64,000 bases of DNA, taken from assembly GCF_006345805.1 (NCBI RefSeq), contig NW_021832235.1, positions 7,184 to 71,183 of the forward strand, in the 5' to 3' direction. The translations under genes were made by a program, and so were the position numbers. Numbering within the stretch: the stretch's first letter is position 1; every line of letters begins with the position of its first letter. Of the stretch, positions 39,401-52,799 are shown one piece after another. Below the pieces are notes generated by a model that was not told where the DNA came from, did no database searches, and saw only the letters and a list, made by a program, of their open reading frames with translations. The DNA is from Octopus sinensis. Taxonomy: Eukaryota.

Positions 39401-42400
39401 ATAACATACATACATAACATACATACATAACATACATACATAACATACATACATAACATACATACATAACATACATACATACATAACATACATACATAAC
39501 ATACATACATAACATACATACATACATAACATACATACATAACATACATACATAACATACATACATAACATACATACATAACATACATACATAACATACA
39601 TACATAACATACATACATACATAACATACATACATAACATACATACATAACATACATACATAACATACATACATACATAACATACATACATAACATACAT
39701 ACATAACATACATACATAACATACATACATACATAACATACATACATAACATACATACATACATAACATACATACATAACATACATACATAACATACATA
39801 CATAACATACATACATAACATACATACAACATAACATACATACATAACATACATACATAACATACATACATAACATACATACATAACATACATACATACA
39901 TAACATACATACATAACATACATACATACATAACATACATACATAACATACATACATAACATACATACATAACATACATACATACATAACATACATACAT
40001 AACATACATACATAACATACATACATACATAACATACATACATACATACATACCCCCCATACATAACATACATACATAACATACATACATAACATACATA
40101 CATACCTACCATACATACATAACATACATACATACATACAACATACATAACATACATACACATAACATACATAACATACATACATAACATACAATACATA
40201 ACATACATACATACATAACATACATACATACATAACATACATACATACATAACATACATACATAACATACATACATAACATACATACATAACATACATAC
40301 ATAACATACATACATAACATACATACATACATAACATACATACATACATAACATACATACATAACATACATACATAACATACATACATAACATACATGCA
40401 CACATACATACAAAATACATACATACATAACATACATACATAACATACATACATACATAACATACATACATAACATACATACATAACATACATACATAAC
40501 ATACATACATAACATACATACATAACATACATACATACATAACATACATACATAACATACATACATAACATACATACATACATAACATACATACATAACA
40601 TACATACATACATAACATACATACATAACATACATACATAACATACATAACATACATACATACATAACATACATATAACATACATACATAACATACATAC
40701 ATAACATACATACATACATACATACATACATAACTACATACATTAACATACATAAATCATAACATACATACATTAACATACATACATACATAACATACAT
40801 ACATAACATACATACATAACATACATAACATACATACATAACATACATACATACATACATACATACATAACTACATACATACATAACATACATACATACA
40901 TAACATACAATACATACATAACATACATACATACATACATACATACATACATACGTACATACATACATACATAACATACATACATACATAACGTACATAC
41001 ATAACATACATACATACATAACATACATACATACATAACGTACATACATACATACATACAGACATACAAACATACATACATACATACATACAGACATGCA
41101 TACATACATCACATACATACAATACATACATACATACAGACATACATACGTACTACATACATACATTACATACGTACATACATACATACATACGTACATA
41201 CATACATAACATACGACATACAGACATACCATACATACATACATACATACGTACATACATACATACAACATACATACATAATAACGTACATACATACATA
41301 CATACAACATACAACATACATACATAACGTACATGACATAACATACATACAGCATACATACATAATAATACATACATACATACATACATCATACATGCCA
41401 TACATACATACATACATACATACATAATACATCAACATACATACATACATACATACATACATTACATACATAAAACATAATACATAACATACCCTACCAT
41501 ACCATAACATACATACATACATACATAATACATACAGGCATAAATAACCTACATACATACATACATACATACATATTACTAACGATACATACATACATAC
41601 ATACATACATACATACATGCATACATACATACATACATACATACATACATACATACATACATGCCATACATACATACATACATACATACATTACAACATG
41701 CATACATACATACACACATACATACATATACATACATACATACATACATACATACGTACTACATACATACATACATACATACGTACATACATACATACAT
41801 TACATCCATACATACATATATACATAACGTACATACATACATAACGTACATACATACATACATACATACATGCATCATACATACATACATACATACATAC
41901 ATACATACATACATACGTACATGCATACATACATACATACATAAATACATACAATAAATACATTTTACCCATACAAACATACATACATACATAAATCATA
42001 CATACATAACATACATACATACATACATACATACATACATAACATACATACATAACATACATACATACATACATACATACATACATACGTACATACATAC
42101 ATACATAACATACATACATACATAACGTACATACATGCATACATACATACATACATACATACATGCATACGTACATACATACATACGTACATACATACAT
42201 ACATACATACATACATACGTACATACATACATACATAACATACATACATACATAACGTACATACATACATACATACATACATACATACATACATACATAC
42301 ATACGTACATACATACATACATACATACATACATACATACATACATGCATACATACATACATACATACATACATACATACATACATAACACATACATACA

Positions 42401-42745
42401 TACATACATACATACATACATACATACATAACATACATACATACATACATACATACATGCATACATAACATACATACATACATACATACATGCATACATA
42501 ACATACATACATACATACATACATACATGCATACATAACATACATACATACATACATACATACATACATACATAACACATACATACATTCATACATACAT
42601 ACATACATACATACATAACACATACATACATACATACATACATACATACATACATACATACATAACATACATACATACATACATAACATACATACATACA
42701 TAACATACATACATACATAACATACATACATGCATACGTACGTAT
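30458..42745. repeat. 12.3-kb ACAT/ACAG-based satellite array with 9- and 13-mer higher-order units
   Basis: ACAGACAGA-rich 31.9-33.5 kb; ACATACATA/ACATACATACATA 34.5-41 kb; purer (ACAT)n 41-42.7 kb. Confidence 0.97.
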
Positions 42746-42789
42746 GTAAATGAATATGTTGATGTTGATGTATTCTTCTATTATTCCTT

Positions 42790-42994
42790 TATTCTTTTAT
42801 TTGTTTCAGTCATTTGACTGCGGCCATGCTAGAGCACCGCCTTTAGTCGAGCAAATCGACGCCAGGACTTATTCTTTGTAAGCCTAGTATTTATTCTATG
42901 GGCTCTTTTGCCGAACCGCTAAGTTATCTTCAGTTGTCAAGAGATGGTGGGTGACGAATACAGACACAAACACACATACACACCCATACACACT

Positions 42995-43036
<42 letters not shown>

Positions 43037-43145
43037 GATGGGCTTCTTTCAGTTTACGTCTACTAAATCCACTTTGGTAGGGCCGAAGCTATGGAAGAAG
43101 ACACTTCCCAAAGGTGCCACGCAATGGTGCCATGCAATGGGACTG
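42790..43145 (-). mobile_element. SINE family A, 5'-truncated
   Basis: Reverse complement of the family. Confidence 0.85.
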
Positions 43146-43237
43146 ACTCATATATAAATACATACACATATAAGAGAGATATCTTTAATATATATATATG
43201 TATGTAGATATATATGAATATTATATTTATATATATA

Positions 43238-43466
43238 TACTTTATTGAAAAGCACCAGAAATATCACAAAATCTGTTACTCAGAGTTTCACGTTACCGTT
43301 CATGGGACAGATTATAAACAAAACTGTCCGACGAACGGGATCGTGAAACTCTGAGTAACAGTTTTTGTGATGTTTCTGCTGCTTTTTAATACAGCATATT
43401 ACTCTACCTCTGGTATTCGAGTACTATTTTTTCCGCCTTGTTTCGCATTTATGTGCTTACTCCGGT
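43238..43466. mobile_element. Family-3 element carrying two inverted hammerhead motifs
   Basis: Minus motif 43273-43310; plus motif 43324-43361 (ctgt CCGACGA acg-ggat-cgt GAAA ctc-t-gag TA acag); remainder is the reverse complement of 21405-21495. Confidence 0.7.
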
Positions 43467-43897
43467 ATATAACAATATACGCACATACATATGTATTATT
43501 TTATTATTTTTATCATTTTATTATTTTTAATATTATAAAAACCAAATATAAATAGGAAATAGTGACATAACAAGGTACCAATTTTTGCTGGAAATAGTAG
43601 TCGATAACCGTACGACGCTATGTAAAGCTTTACTGGATGTTTGAGGCAAAGTTGTGTGCAGGCACCTTGTTGTACCGCTATTTCGTATTTATAATTCTAC
43701 CTTTATGGTACTTTATTTTGCTAGAAAATAATACTATTGCATCGTAATAATATTTATAATTTGGATCGCTACATAGTGTTCGGAAATTCGATGTCGTACC
43801 TACAGAAATATATATATATAATACGTATGTATGTGTGTGTGTGTGTGTGTGTATATATGTAAATGAGCACACACACACACAGACACACAGACAGACA

Positions 43898-43931
<34 letters not shown>

Positions 43932-44222
43932 CATGTATATGACTTTCGAATGACCCGTTACTGCAGTATTCATCCCGACGTAACATCTCTTATGAACTTG
44001 TGAGTTAAAAACGTAATAAACATGAGAAAGAGATGAAAATTCGCCTCAGCTATGGCCAGCGAGAGTGCCAAATGCATTTCGACATTTCAGAGCCCTTTTA
44101 GTGATAGGGACTCATGGCCAGTCACAAACTCAGACGGGAATTCGTCGTCTCTGATATAGAATTATGCATTTGCTGAATATATGCGTATATACGCACCCAG
44201 AAGGAAACGCATTTATACATTG

Positions 44223-44619
44223 CTAGCAGTATCGCCCGGCATTGCTCGTGTTTGTAAGGGAAATAACTATATAAGCATTTTTAGAGAGTTTTAGCCAAAA
44301 AATAGCAAAAAAATGCATTAAAAATGGAAAAAAAAATGATAGTAATTTTTTTTTAAATCGTTGACTCATCGCAGACTTTTAGAGAGTTACTTCTCTTATA
44401 TAATAGCGAAAAAATGCATTAAAATGGGAAAAAAATGATGGTAATTTTTTTTTTAAATCGTAGACTTATTGTAGACGCGCGCTAATACCCAGAAGAGCTC
44501 GATATGAATCACGACTATAAGATACACGCTTTTGGTTAAACTGCACCGCAAAATGTGGGAGTAGTTAGGAATCTAAATCGTAGGAGACAGACACAGAACT
44601 TCACTTTTATATATAAAGA
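44223..44619 (-). mobile_element. Non-autonomous Helitron, second copy
   Basis: Reverse complement of 18183-18585; TC and CTAG termini retained. Confidence 0.88.
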
Positions 44620-45399
44620 TATACATAAAAATACACTCGCGAGCGCGCACGCATGTGTATGTGTGAGTGTGTGAGTGTGTGTGTATCTGGTTTGGTATCA
44701 GAATATGCATAGGTGTTAGCGGTCATGAATTTTGGTGTTGACCCAGAACAGCGCTAAGTAAATCCTTCTCTTAGATGTATATTTCTGGTCGAATGGGCAT
44801 TCTGCTGAGTGAATAGAGATACAGGTTTCAAAGGTTCGGAAGAAGAGAGATTTAGTTTAATAAGATTCCAGTTCGATAAATATTATGCAAGGTTAGGAGT
44901 TATTGAATAAGAAAGTTTTGTAGTATTTCTATTAACAAATATTTGTTATTAATGACACGGACTAAACTACTTTAGTAATAGGTTTATGAATTTAGCCACA
45001 GAGCAGAAGACTTCTTAACTGAACGGAAGTTTGATTCAATTAAAATGGTGTGGTGAGGTGGGGTGGTCTACTTTTTATCATATTTTCTCACGATTCCTCC
45101 TTAATCGAATCCCAAACAAATTTCTTCATGCTTGAGCAAGCATTCTAAAACGTTTCCACAATTCAAAACTTTCATACTCCTTATAATTAATATAAATCGT
45201 TGAGAGTAACTTCCCTTTTAATGCTCTTCAGACATTATACTTTCCACATTATCACTTCATAAAGGAAATTTATATATTTTTTCTTTATTTCAATTCTAAA
45301 GGTATTTTCTACTAAATTACCACTCTCTCTCAAATTAATATACTTTTAGCATACTTTCTCCCCCTCTCTTTTCTCTTCTTATGTAGTTTACTATTCACA

Positions 45400-45720
45400 T
45401 CCATGCAACTATATAAATATTAAGTCTGAAACTAGAAAACAAACAGATCCGAAGCTGATCTGGATTAAAGAAGGGATGCCACTGAGAAGGTCACAGATGG
45501 GGATGAAAGAACTTTGACAAACTCAGCTGTTTGATTAACTGAATGGTTAAGCAAACAATCGATTAGTGAGTTGGCTAAACATCTGATGGACTCACGAATA
45601 GTAATAAGGAAGTGCAACTGAACCAGTGTGAAAGTTTATTATTGGCGTAATGACCCTCCCGACGTATAACAAAGTTCAATCAAAACATTCGTTTCGTTCG
45701 TTCTAATCAGTCGAGTTACA
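45400..45720 (+). mobile_element. Solo-LTR-like remnant related to 22985-23438
   Basis: Shared blocks with that copy; ends gagttaca; 5' boundary uncertain. Confidence 0.35.
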
Positions 45721-46284
45721 TTCCCTATTCCAAATTTGCCGATTCAAACTTCACCACTACTTTACCAACCAATATATATATGTCTTCAAATATACCCCTT
45801 ATCTTTCACTCCATTTACTTTCTCCTCCTATCTCCACTCAACAATCTATCTTCTTTTTCTTCGGCCTCCACTCCTTCACTTCGCTATATATGTACAACTA
45901 CACTCGAGGTTCTTTTGTTATAAATTGGTAGTTCAAAAGACGAAATTGATTTTAATCCTCGTTCTCTTGGGCTTTATTAAATTATTATAATTCCCCTTTT
46001 CTTATTGACTTCTTTTTACGAGTTCTTGTTTGTATTCACGCACAAAAAGGATTATATATATGCGCGCGCGTGTGTATTCGTGCGTATGTTTGTGTGTATG
46101 CGTTTGATTAAATACATATGTGTATGTATATATCTAAGTGTGTATGTATATATCTAAGTATGCATCCATATATATATATATATATAAATATATTCTATAT
46201 GTATATTTTATATACATATATATGTGTGTGTATATAGATAGATAGATAGACGGAGAGGGAGAAAGAGAGAGAGAGAGAAAGAGA

Positions 46285-46573
46285 GAGAAAGAGAGAGACA
46301 TACAGACAGACTGACAGACACACAGACAAACAGGCAGACAGACAGGCAGACACACAGACAGACTGATAGATAAATGGATAGATAGATAAATACATACATA
46401 TATGCACGCACGCAAACATACATACATACATGCATACATACATGCATGCATAAATACATACATGCATACATACATACATACATACATACATACATACGTA
46501 CATACATACATACATGCATACATACATACATACATACATACATACATACATACATACATACATACATACATAC
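46285..46573. repeat. Compound (GA)/(GACA)/(GATA)/(ACAT)n microsatellite
   Basis: Direct inspection. Confidence 0.9.
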
Positions 46574-47272
46574 AGCTGCAAAAATTCATAAAGTCCAAAC
46601 GTATATAGCAACATACGGAAATGATGTGAGGATGAGAGAGGAAAGGAGAAAGAGAGAGACATATAGAAACAGAGAATGAGAGACAGAGTAAGAGACAGAG
46701 TAAGAGAGGAGAAAGAGAGAGAGAGAACTGAAGGATAGCATTGACAAGTTATTAAAACCGGATATTGTGCCATATCAATAACGTTTTCCATTCCTTTCTA
46801 GATGCAGGTCTCACCTGATGATACATCCTACTATGACGAGTTTATTAATTTCCTTTCCCCGCAGGGAGAACGGAAAAACACAAAGCCAGTGTAATGAGTG
46901 AATTCGTAAATTTTTAACACAACCATTTTCATTTCACTTATTGTTTACTTTTGTTTTGTCACCGACATTTTTTTTTCTGTTTTTGCTTTCCGCCATTTCT
47001 AAACAAAATGGCGACAACGCAGCTTTATTGAAAAGTGGTGTCTATTTTGTTATCATATCGTTGTCGTTGTCGTCGCTGTTGCTAAAATCCCAGTTTAGTT
47101 ATGATAAAGCCGAGCTATCCTCAAAGGCACCCCAGCTCTTTAATTTTTTGTAGACACAAAAGTATCTAGGACTACATGTAACCAATGTATCCTTCGATAC
47201 GTAGAGAGAGACAAAGAGACGTTCCTGCATTTGCTTATTGCTGTGTTGAAAACGAGTTTGTCATTCGATCTT

Positions 47273-48064
47273 GGTAGGAGTGGCTGTGTGATAAGTAGCT
47301 TGCTTACGAACCACATGGTTCCGGGTTCAGTCCCACTGCGTGGCACCTTGGACAAATGTCTTCTATTATAGCCTCGGGCTGACCAAAGCCTTGTGAGTGG
47401 ATTTGGTAGACGGAAACTGAAAGAAGCCCGTAGTATATGTATATATATATATATAATTTACAAAATAAGGGCAAAAGAAAAATACTAATGCCAAATATGC
47501 CGAAAAAAAGACAAAAATTGTCAATAACCATTATAATTTATGCGTCTCGAGACGCATAAATTATAATGGTTATTGACAATTTTTGGGGTTTTTTTCGGCA
47601 TATTTGGCATTAGTATTTTTCTTTTGCCCTTATTTTGAAATAAATTATAAATTTAACCTTTAAAGGTATTTTTTGATATGCTGGCCATTGATAAAAAAAT
47701 TTTCCCGGAAAAAAAATTTATCCTACATTAGTTATATATATATACATATATATATATGTGTGTGTGGTGTGTGTGTGTGTGTGTGTGGTGTGTGTGTGTG
47801 TGTGTGTGTGTGTTTATGTATGTATGTATGTATGTATGTATGTATGTATATATGTATGTATGTGTGTGTGTCCCCCCCAACATCGCTTGACAACCGATGC
47901 TGGTGTGTTTACGTCCCCGTAACTTAGCGGTTCGGCAAAAAAGACCGATAGAATAAGTACTAGGCTTACAAAGAATAAATCCTGGGATCGATTTGCTCGA
48001 CTAAAGGCGGTGCTCTAGCATGGTCACGGTCAAATGACTGAAACAAGTAAAAGAGTAAAGAGTA
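47273..48064 (+). mobile_element. SINE family A interrupted by a palindromic insert
   Basis: 5' half 47273-47435 and 3' half ~47860-48064. Confidence 0.88.
47452..47649. repeat. Zero-spacer palindrome, ~97-bp arms
   Basis: Centre tgcgtctc|gagacgca between 47548 and 47549. Confidence 0.95.
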
Positions 48065-48214
48065 TGTATAAAGACCGATGACATTTTGTTTGCGTTTAGC
48101 CACAGTTCTGCCATGAACTTCCAAAATTATATTCAAAAGTTTTCTATTCGTGACTATCTCATATTTATTTATGCTGTTTATCAAGGAAGACCACAATATT
48201 CATTCCCCTTTTAT

Positions 48215-48620
48215 GGTGTCGAACTGGCCGAATCGTTAGCACGCCGGGCGAAATGCTTAGCAGTATTTCGTCTGTCTTTACGTTCTGAGTTCAAATTCCG
48301 CCGAGGTCGACTTTGTCTTTCATCCTTTCAGGGTCGATGATTTAAGTACCAGTTAATCGTTTGGCCCTCTACCCGCAAAATGTTGGGCCTTGTGCCTAGA
48401 GTAGAAAAGAATATCATTAAAGTTATTAAAGCCATTACATTTTCAGCCACTTTATGTGAATTGCTGCTGTACTACAAGGTGGGTGCGCCGAGGTCGACTT
48501 TGCCTTTCATCCTTTCGGGGTCGATAAAATTAACTACCAGCTGCATACTGAGGTCGATGGAATCGACTGCCCCCCTCCCCCAAAATTTCGCAGCTTGTGC
48601 CTAGAGTAGAAAAGAATATT
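48215..48620 (+). mobile_element. Two SINE-B copies
   Basis: Core motif twice; both end gcctagagtagaaaagaatat. Confidence 0.85.
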
Positions 48621-48869
48621 CATTTCTGTTTTTATGGAGACAATATGTAACTTGAGGCAGATTTGGCTGTTATTTCTATCGGTCTGAGCAAGCGTGTAGA
48701 GGCTTCCTGGTTCTTGAACAGTGACTGGATGTGTTTCGCTATTTTGTGTTATTTACTTTTAGTTATTGGAGTGCATTGGAAATATTGCTGTTATGGCTGA
48801 TTGGATTAAATGTTTTACATTATCATTGGAACATAGTTACACTAGGTAGCGTTGTAATATTTAGCAAAG

Positions 48870-49015
48870 ATTATTTTCTACTCGAGACACAGGGCCCGAA
48901 ATTTTAGGGGAGAGGGCCAGTCGATTAGATCGACCCCAGTCCGGGACTGCTACTTAATTTATCGACCCCGGGAGGATGAAAGGCAAAGTCGACTTCGGCG
49001 AAATTTGAATAAGAC
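48870..49015 (-). mobile_element. SINE-B copy
   Basis: ggatgaaaggcaaagtcgacttcggcgaaatttgaa. Confidence 0.75.
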
Positions 49016-49767
49016 GCTGCTTTAAAAAATTAAATAAATATTGGGACCTGTCTATTTGACTAAATCCCTTCAAGGGCCGTTCCCCACCACGGCTGCAATC
49101 GAATGACCGAACCGAATAAAAGAAACAATTAATAAAAATCTACTATAATAATACTTTAGTGTTTTTCTCCATCACAGCATATGAATGAGAAAGGAAGGGG
49201 TGATGGATGAATAAGGAAGGAAGGGGTGATGGAAAACTGGTAATGGGAGCGTTTCGACTCTGTGTGAGTATATGTGTGTGTATGTAAAAGGGAGGTATGT
49301 GAATGTTTGCGCGCGTCTGTGTGTGCAATGGACGTGGGATGGTGAACGTTCAACACTGAAAAGGAAGATCAAACAGCGTTTCAACTCAGTGTGAGTATAT
49401 GTGTGTACATGTGTGCGTTTACGAGGGAAGCATGTGTATGTTTGTATGTGTGAACCAGCGTTCTTTCAGTAACAAACGATGATCGATGTCACATCTCAAA
49501 AGACAACCACTAGATAACACTGACAAGTGTATTAATTTGATTTACCATCCATATTTTGTCCGTTGTGTTACAAATAATTATTACAATCACACACCTACAC
49601 AAACGTATACACATACAAACTCATTAGAGAAAATAATTATTGTCTGAGGGTTTCAAAAATATAAAACGACTGCAGTTGGAAGGGGTGTTATAAATTTGGT
49701 AATAAAAGAATTCTTATATGTTTGCAAGGGATAGTTATACATCTCCAACTAGCAGGCCATGCTACTC

Positions 49768-49806
49768 CAGACTGATGACGAGCAAAGACTCAGAAACTAG
49801 TCTTTG
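49768..49806 (+). ncRNA. Candidate minimal type-I hammerhead, canonical core (family 4)
   Basis: caga CTGATGA c-gag-caaaga-ctc-a GAAA ctag TC tttg; palindromic stem III actagt, GUC triplet. Confidence 0.7.
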
Positions 49807-50339
49807 AGTGCAGATTCAGCTGGGTGGAGGTGCTTATCTCCCCCTTGCAAACATAAGGACACAGGAAATGTGTCAAGGCCGACAGGAAGCGGTGCTGCTT
49901 CCTAGGGCTAAATAGCAGTAGTATTATTCCCTTTATGGGACTGTCACATTAAGTTGACTGTATAAAACTACTTTATCGTACCACTACTGCATAAATCTCT
50001 CTGAGAGATTTTAGAAATGTATTATTTCTATAATAAAAGAATTATTAAACTAAAAACTTGGTTTTGTCCCTTATTTGTATATAAAATACCACAATTAGTC
50101 GTCATTTTTGACGGTACGGAATCAGCTTGTAAATAAACATCCACTGAGTTTCCGGTAGTAACTTGAGTAACAATATATGCAGTGCCACTACGGTACCAAC
50201 AAGAATTCTTGTAAAAAGCTGTGTGTTTCTGTTGCGCTCGTCAGTAAAGATCAGTGACACGGATGAAATGTTTTGTCAGCATCAACTGTGGAACAAAAGT
50301 GAATATTCAGAGAAATCATAGTAGTAACAGCAGGAACTT

Positions 50340-50900
50340 TAGTGAAGATCTACGTCTCATCTTGTTACCTATATTAAACATGGGCTGTGGGAATTTTATT
50401 TACCATTACTCTGATACTGCAATGATCTTTAGAAAATCGTTTCTGTTGTATGACCGAGAAGCACAAACTTGTGCGATTCCGGGAACATCTGCAATACTGT
50501 AACCGTATGTATCTTCGTGGATATATTATATTGTATGATCCAATGATAAGCTGCATTCTAGAACGGGTGGATAACGAACTCAATTTCGGCGGGACTCTGA
50601 TCATTTTTGATCCATCTAAAGTTTTCGACTGGTTCAACCATAGTTTCTTGGTGTTTGTTCAATCAGTTTTAATTTGATTCCGGAATATACAAAATGGTTA
50701 CTTTTCAAAATCTTTTCAAACCACACGATTGGTCCTATCCAGAAGGGGGAATCCTCTCCCATTTATTCTTTATGTTCTGACTCACGAAGCATTTCTACAG
50801 AAATGTTCAGTCGTTTTGTTGGTACACATAAGTGGCAGCATTCTTTAAGTGGAGAGTAACCAAATTTGATGGTGTTAGGTAAGTGAATGACGACTGAAAT
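50340..50900 (+). pseudogene. Degenerate Tx1/L1-clade reverse transcriptase fragment
   Basis: EAQTCAIPG; ILERVDNE..GGTLIIFDPSKVFDWFNHSFL (cf. LD..KAFDRV.H.FL); KGNPLPFILYVLTHE (cf. QGCPLSPLLYVL..E); NDD near 50885. Confidence 0.6.
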
Positions 50901-51374
50901 TACTGACTGGCGCCAACATCATACCCAACCATGAGCTTTACTCAAAAAATGGAACTGATGTCGCTGGTTATACTAAACTTTTATCCTGTCGTGAAAGTGG
51001 CGAAATGTCCTGTCCAAACAAGTGGATCTAAAAATAACGAAAATATCTGGTGTCTCATTCACAACAGTAGTACCACGTGACCTGAACGGACCAATATAGG
51101 CCATCTTTAACTCTTCTTCTAGCATCTGATGAGTTGGACCTGTCCCACACGCACAATGCGTCTATATGCATATTATATGTTTATTATGTTTATATTATAT
51201 ACACACACACATTAGCGAATGTATATACTCGTGAACATCTAGTGCATGGCTGTGTAGGTTAGGATGATTTGGCATCGATTTTGGCGGATTGCCAATATTA
51301 AGTTTTCAGTGTTCGATGGACGAAAATCGATACTAACCATAAGTCATTTACAAACCATATAACCCTCACGATAT

Positions 51375-51375
<1 letters not shown>

Positions 51376-51445
<70 letters not shown>
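51376..51445. repeat. (TAG)n microsatellite
   Basis: Direct inspection. Confidence 0.95.
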
Positions 51446-51446
<1 letters not shown>

Positions 51447-51798
51447 GTCAATTCATTGTCAGTGCGGTCGTAAAGGTGACTGACGAAACTATAAAATTGC
51501 AAAGTATTTATATGCATTTCTGCATATATGCATGTATGCGTTTAGATATAAATGAATGTGTATATAGAGAGGGAGAAGGGTGTATGGTTGAATGATTGCG
51601 TTTATATATACTTGTAAGCATGCTGTATGAATGCGTGCATTTGTATATATACATACATACATATATTCATACACATACACTCGTATATGTATATATGTAT
51701 ATATATATATATATGTATATGTATATATATGTTATCACAACACACACAACATACGCACAAACAACAACACAACACACACCACACACACACACATATAT

Positions 51799-51830
<32 letters not shown>

Positions 51831-51877
51831 CAATAGTACCTCAGTTTTTTAACAACTCTGGACGCGAATAAATCGTG

Positions 51878-51933
<56 letters not shown>

Positions 51934-52060
51934 TGTGTGTGTGTGTGTGTGTGTGTATTTAAATAATGAGGGTGATAAATTGAATATTAATTTAATTAAT
52001 ATCAATTAAAAGTCAGTAGCCTAGCATATAGAAAAATCTGAAAATTCAGAAAAATTGTAA

Positions 52061-52250
52061 TACATGCGTATTAAAGGGATAACCACTAAGTGGACATCCA
52101 ATATGCTAGAAGAAGATCACCTACGATCTAACTACAAAGAAAAGAATGTTCTCTAGAGAAATTCAGCAAACAAACACAGAATGTTCTGGTGTGATCTTCT
52201 TCTAGCATATTGGATGTCCACTTAGTGGTTATCCCTATTATACGCATGTA
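52061..52250. repeat. Inverted repeat, 60-bp arms, 70-bp spacer
   Basis: 52061-52120 versus 52191-52250, about 3 mismatches. Confidence 0.92.
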
Positions 52251-52254
52251 TATG

Positions 52255-52300
<46 letters not shown>

Positions 52301-52586
52301 TCATCCAGCGAACACCCACCATTGGCCATCACAGTTGCTCAAGGTAAAAATGAATTCCTCGCTCTTTCCAGGAACATCAATTTTTTATATTGACTGCATT
52401 CCACCACTTTGATCTATTTTTTATATATCACCACCACGAACCACTGCATCATACACTTTAAACATATAGCATGAACAAACTCACTTCAAACTAAATATGA
52501 ACTGTATGATGTCTGACTCCATTGTATTATAAATGAATTTCTTATATTTGATAGCATGAACTATCTTTTTTTATATATAACTTTTT

Positions 52587-52624
52587 TTGATAAGGTTCAT
52601 TTCAGGAACTGAAACATGTTATAA
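52587..52624 (+). ncRNA. Possible degenerate minimal hammerhead, U3-A8 core (family 5)
   Basis: TTGATAA ggttc-atttcag-gaact GAAA catg TT; stem I weak. Confidence 0.4.
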
Positions 52625-52703
52625 TGTATATATAAAATTAAAAATTGTATAATATAGAAGCAGATTTTCGAACTTCATTTTTACAAATATAATATATATA
52701 TAT

Positions 52704-52746
<43 letters not shown>

Positions 52747-52752
52747 ATAATA

Positions 52753-52795
<43 letters not shown>

Positions 52796-52799
<4 letters not shown>

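Noticed and set aside
30417-42731. Many long ORFs (up to 797 aa) rich in M/Y/V/C
   Set aside because: Translations of the ACAT/ACAG satellite, open in several frames simply because the repeat lacks stops
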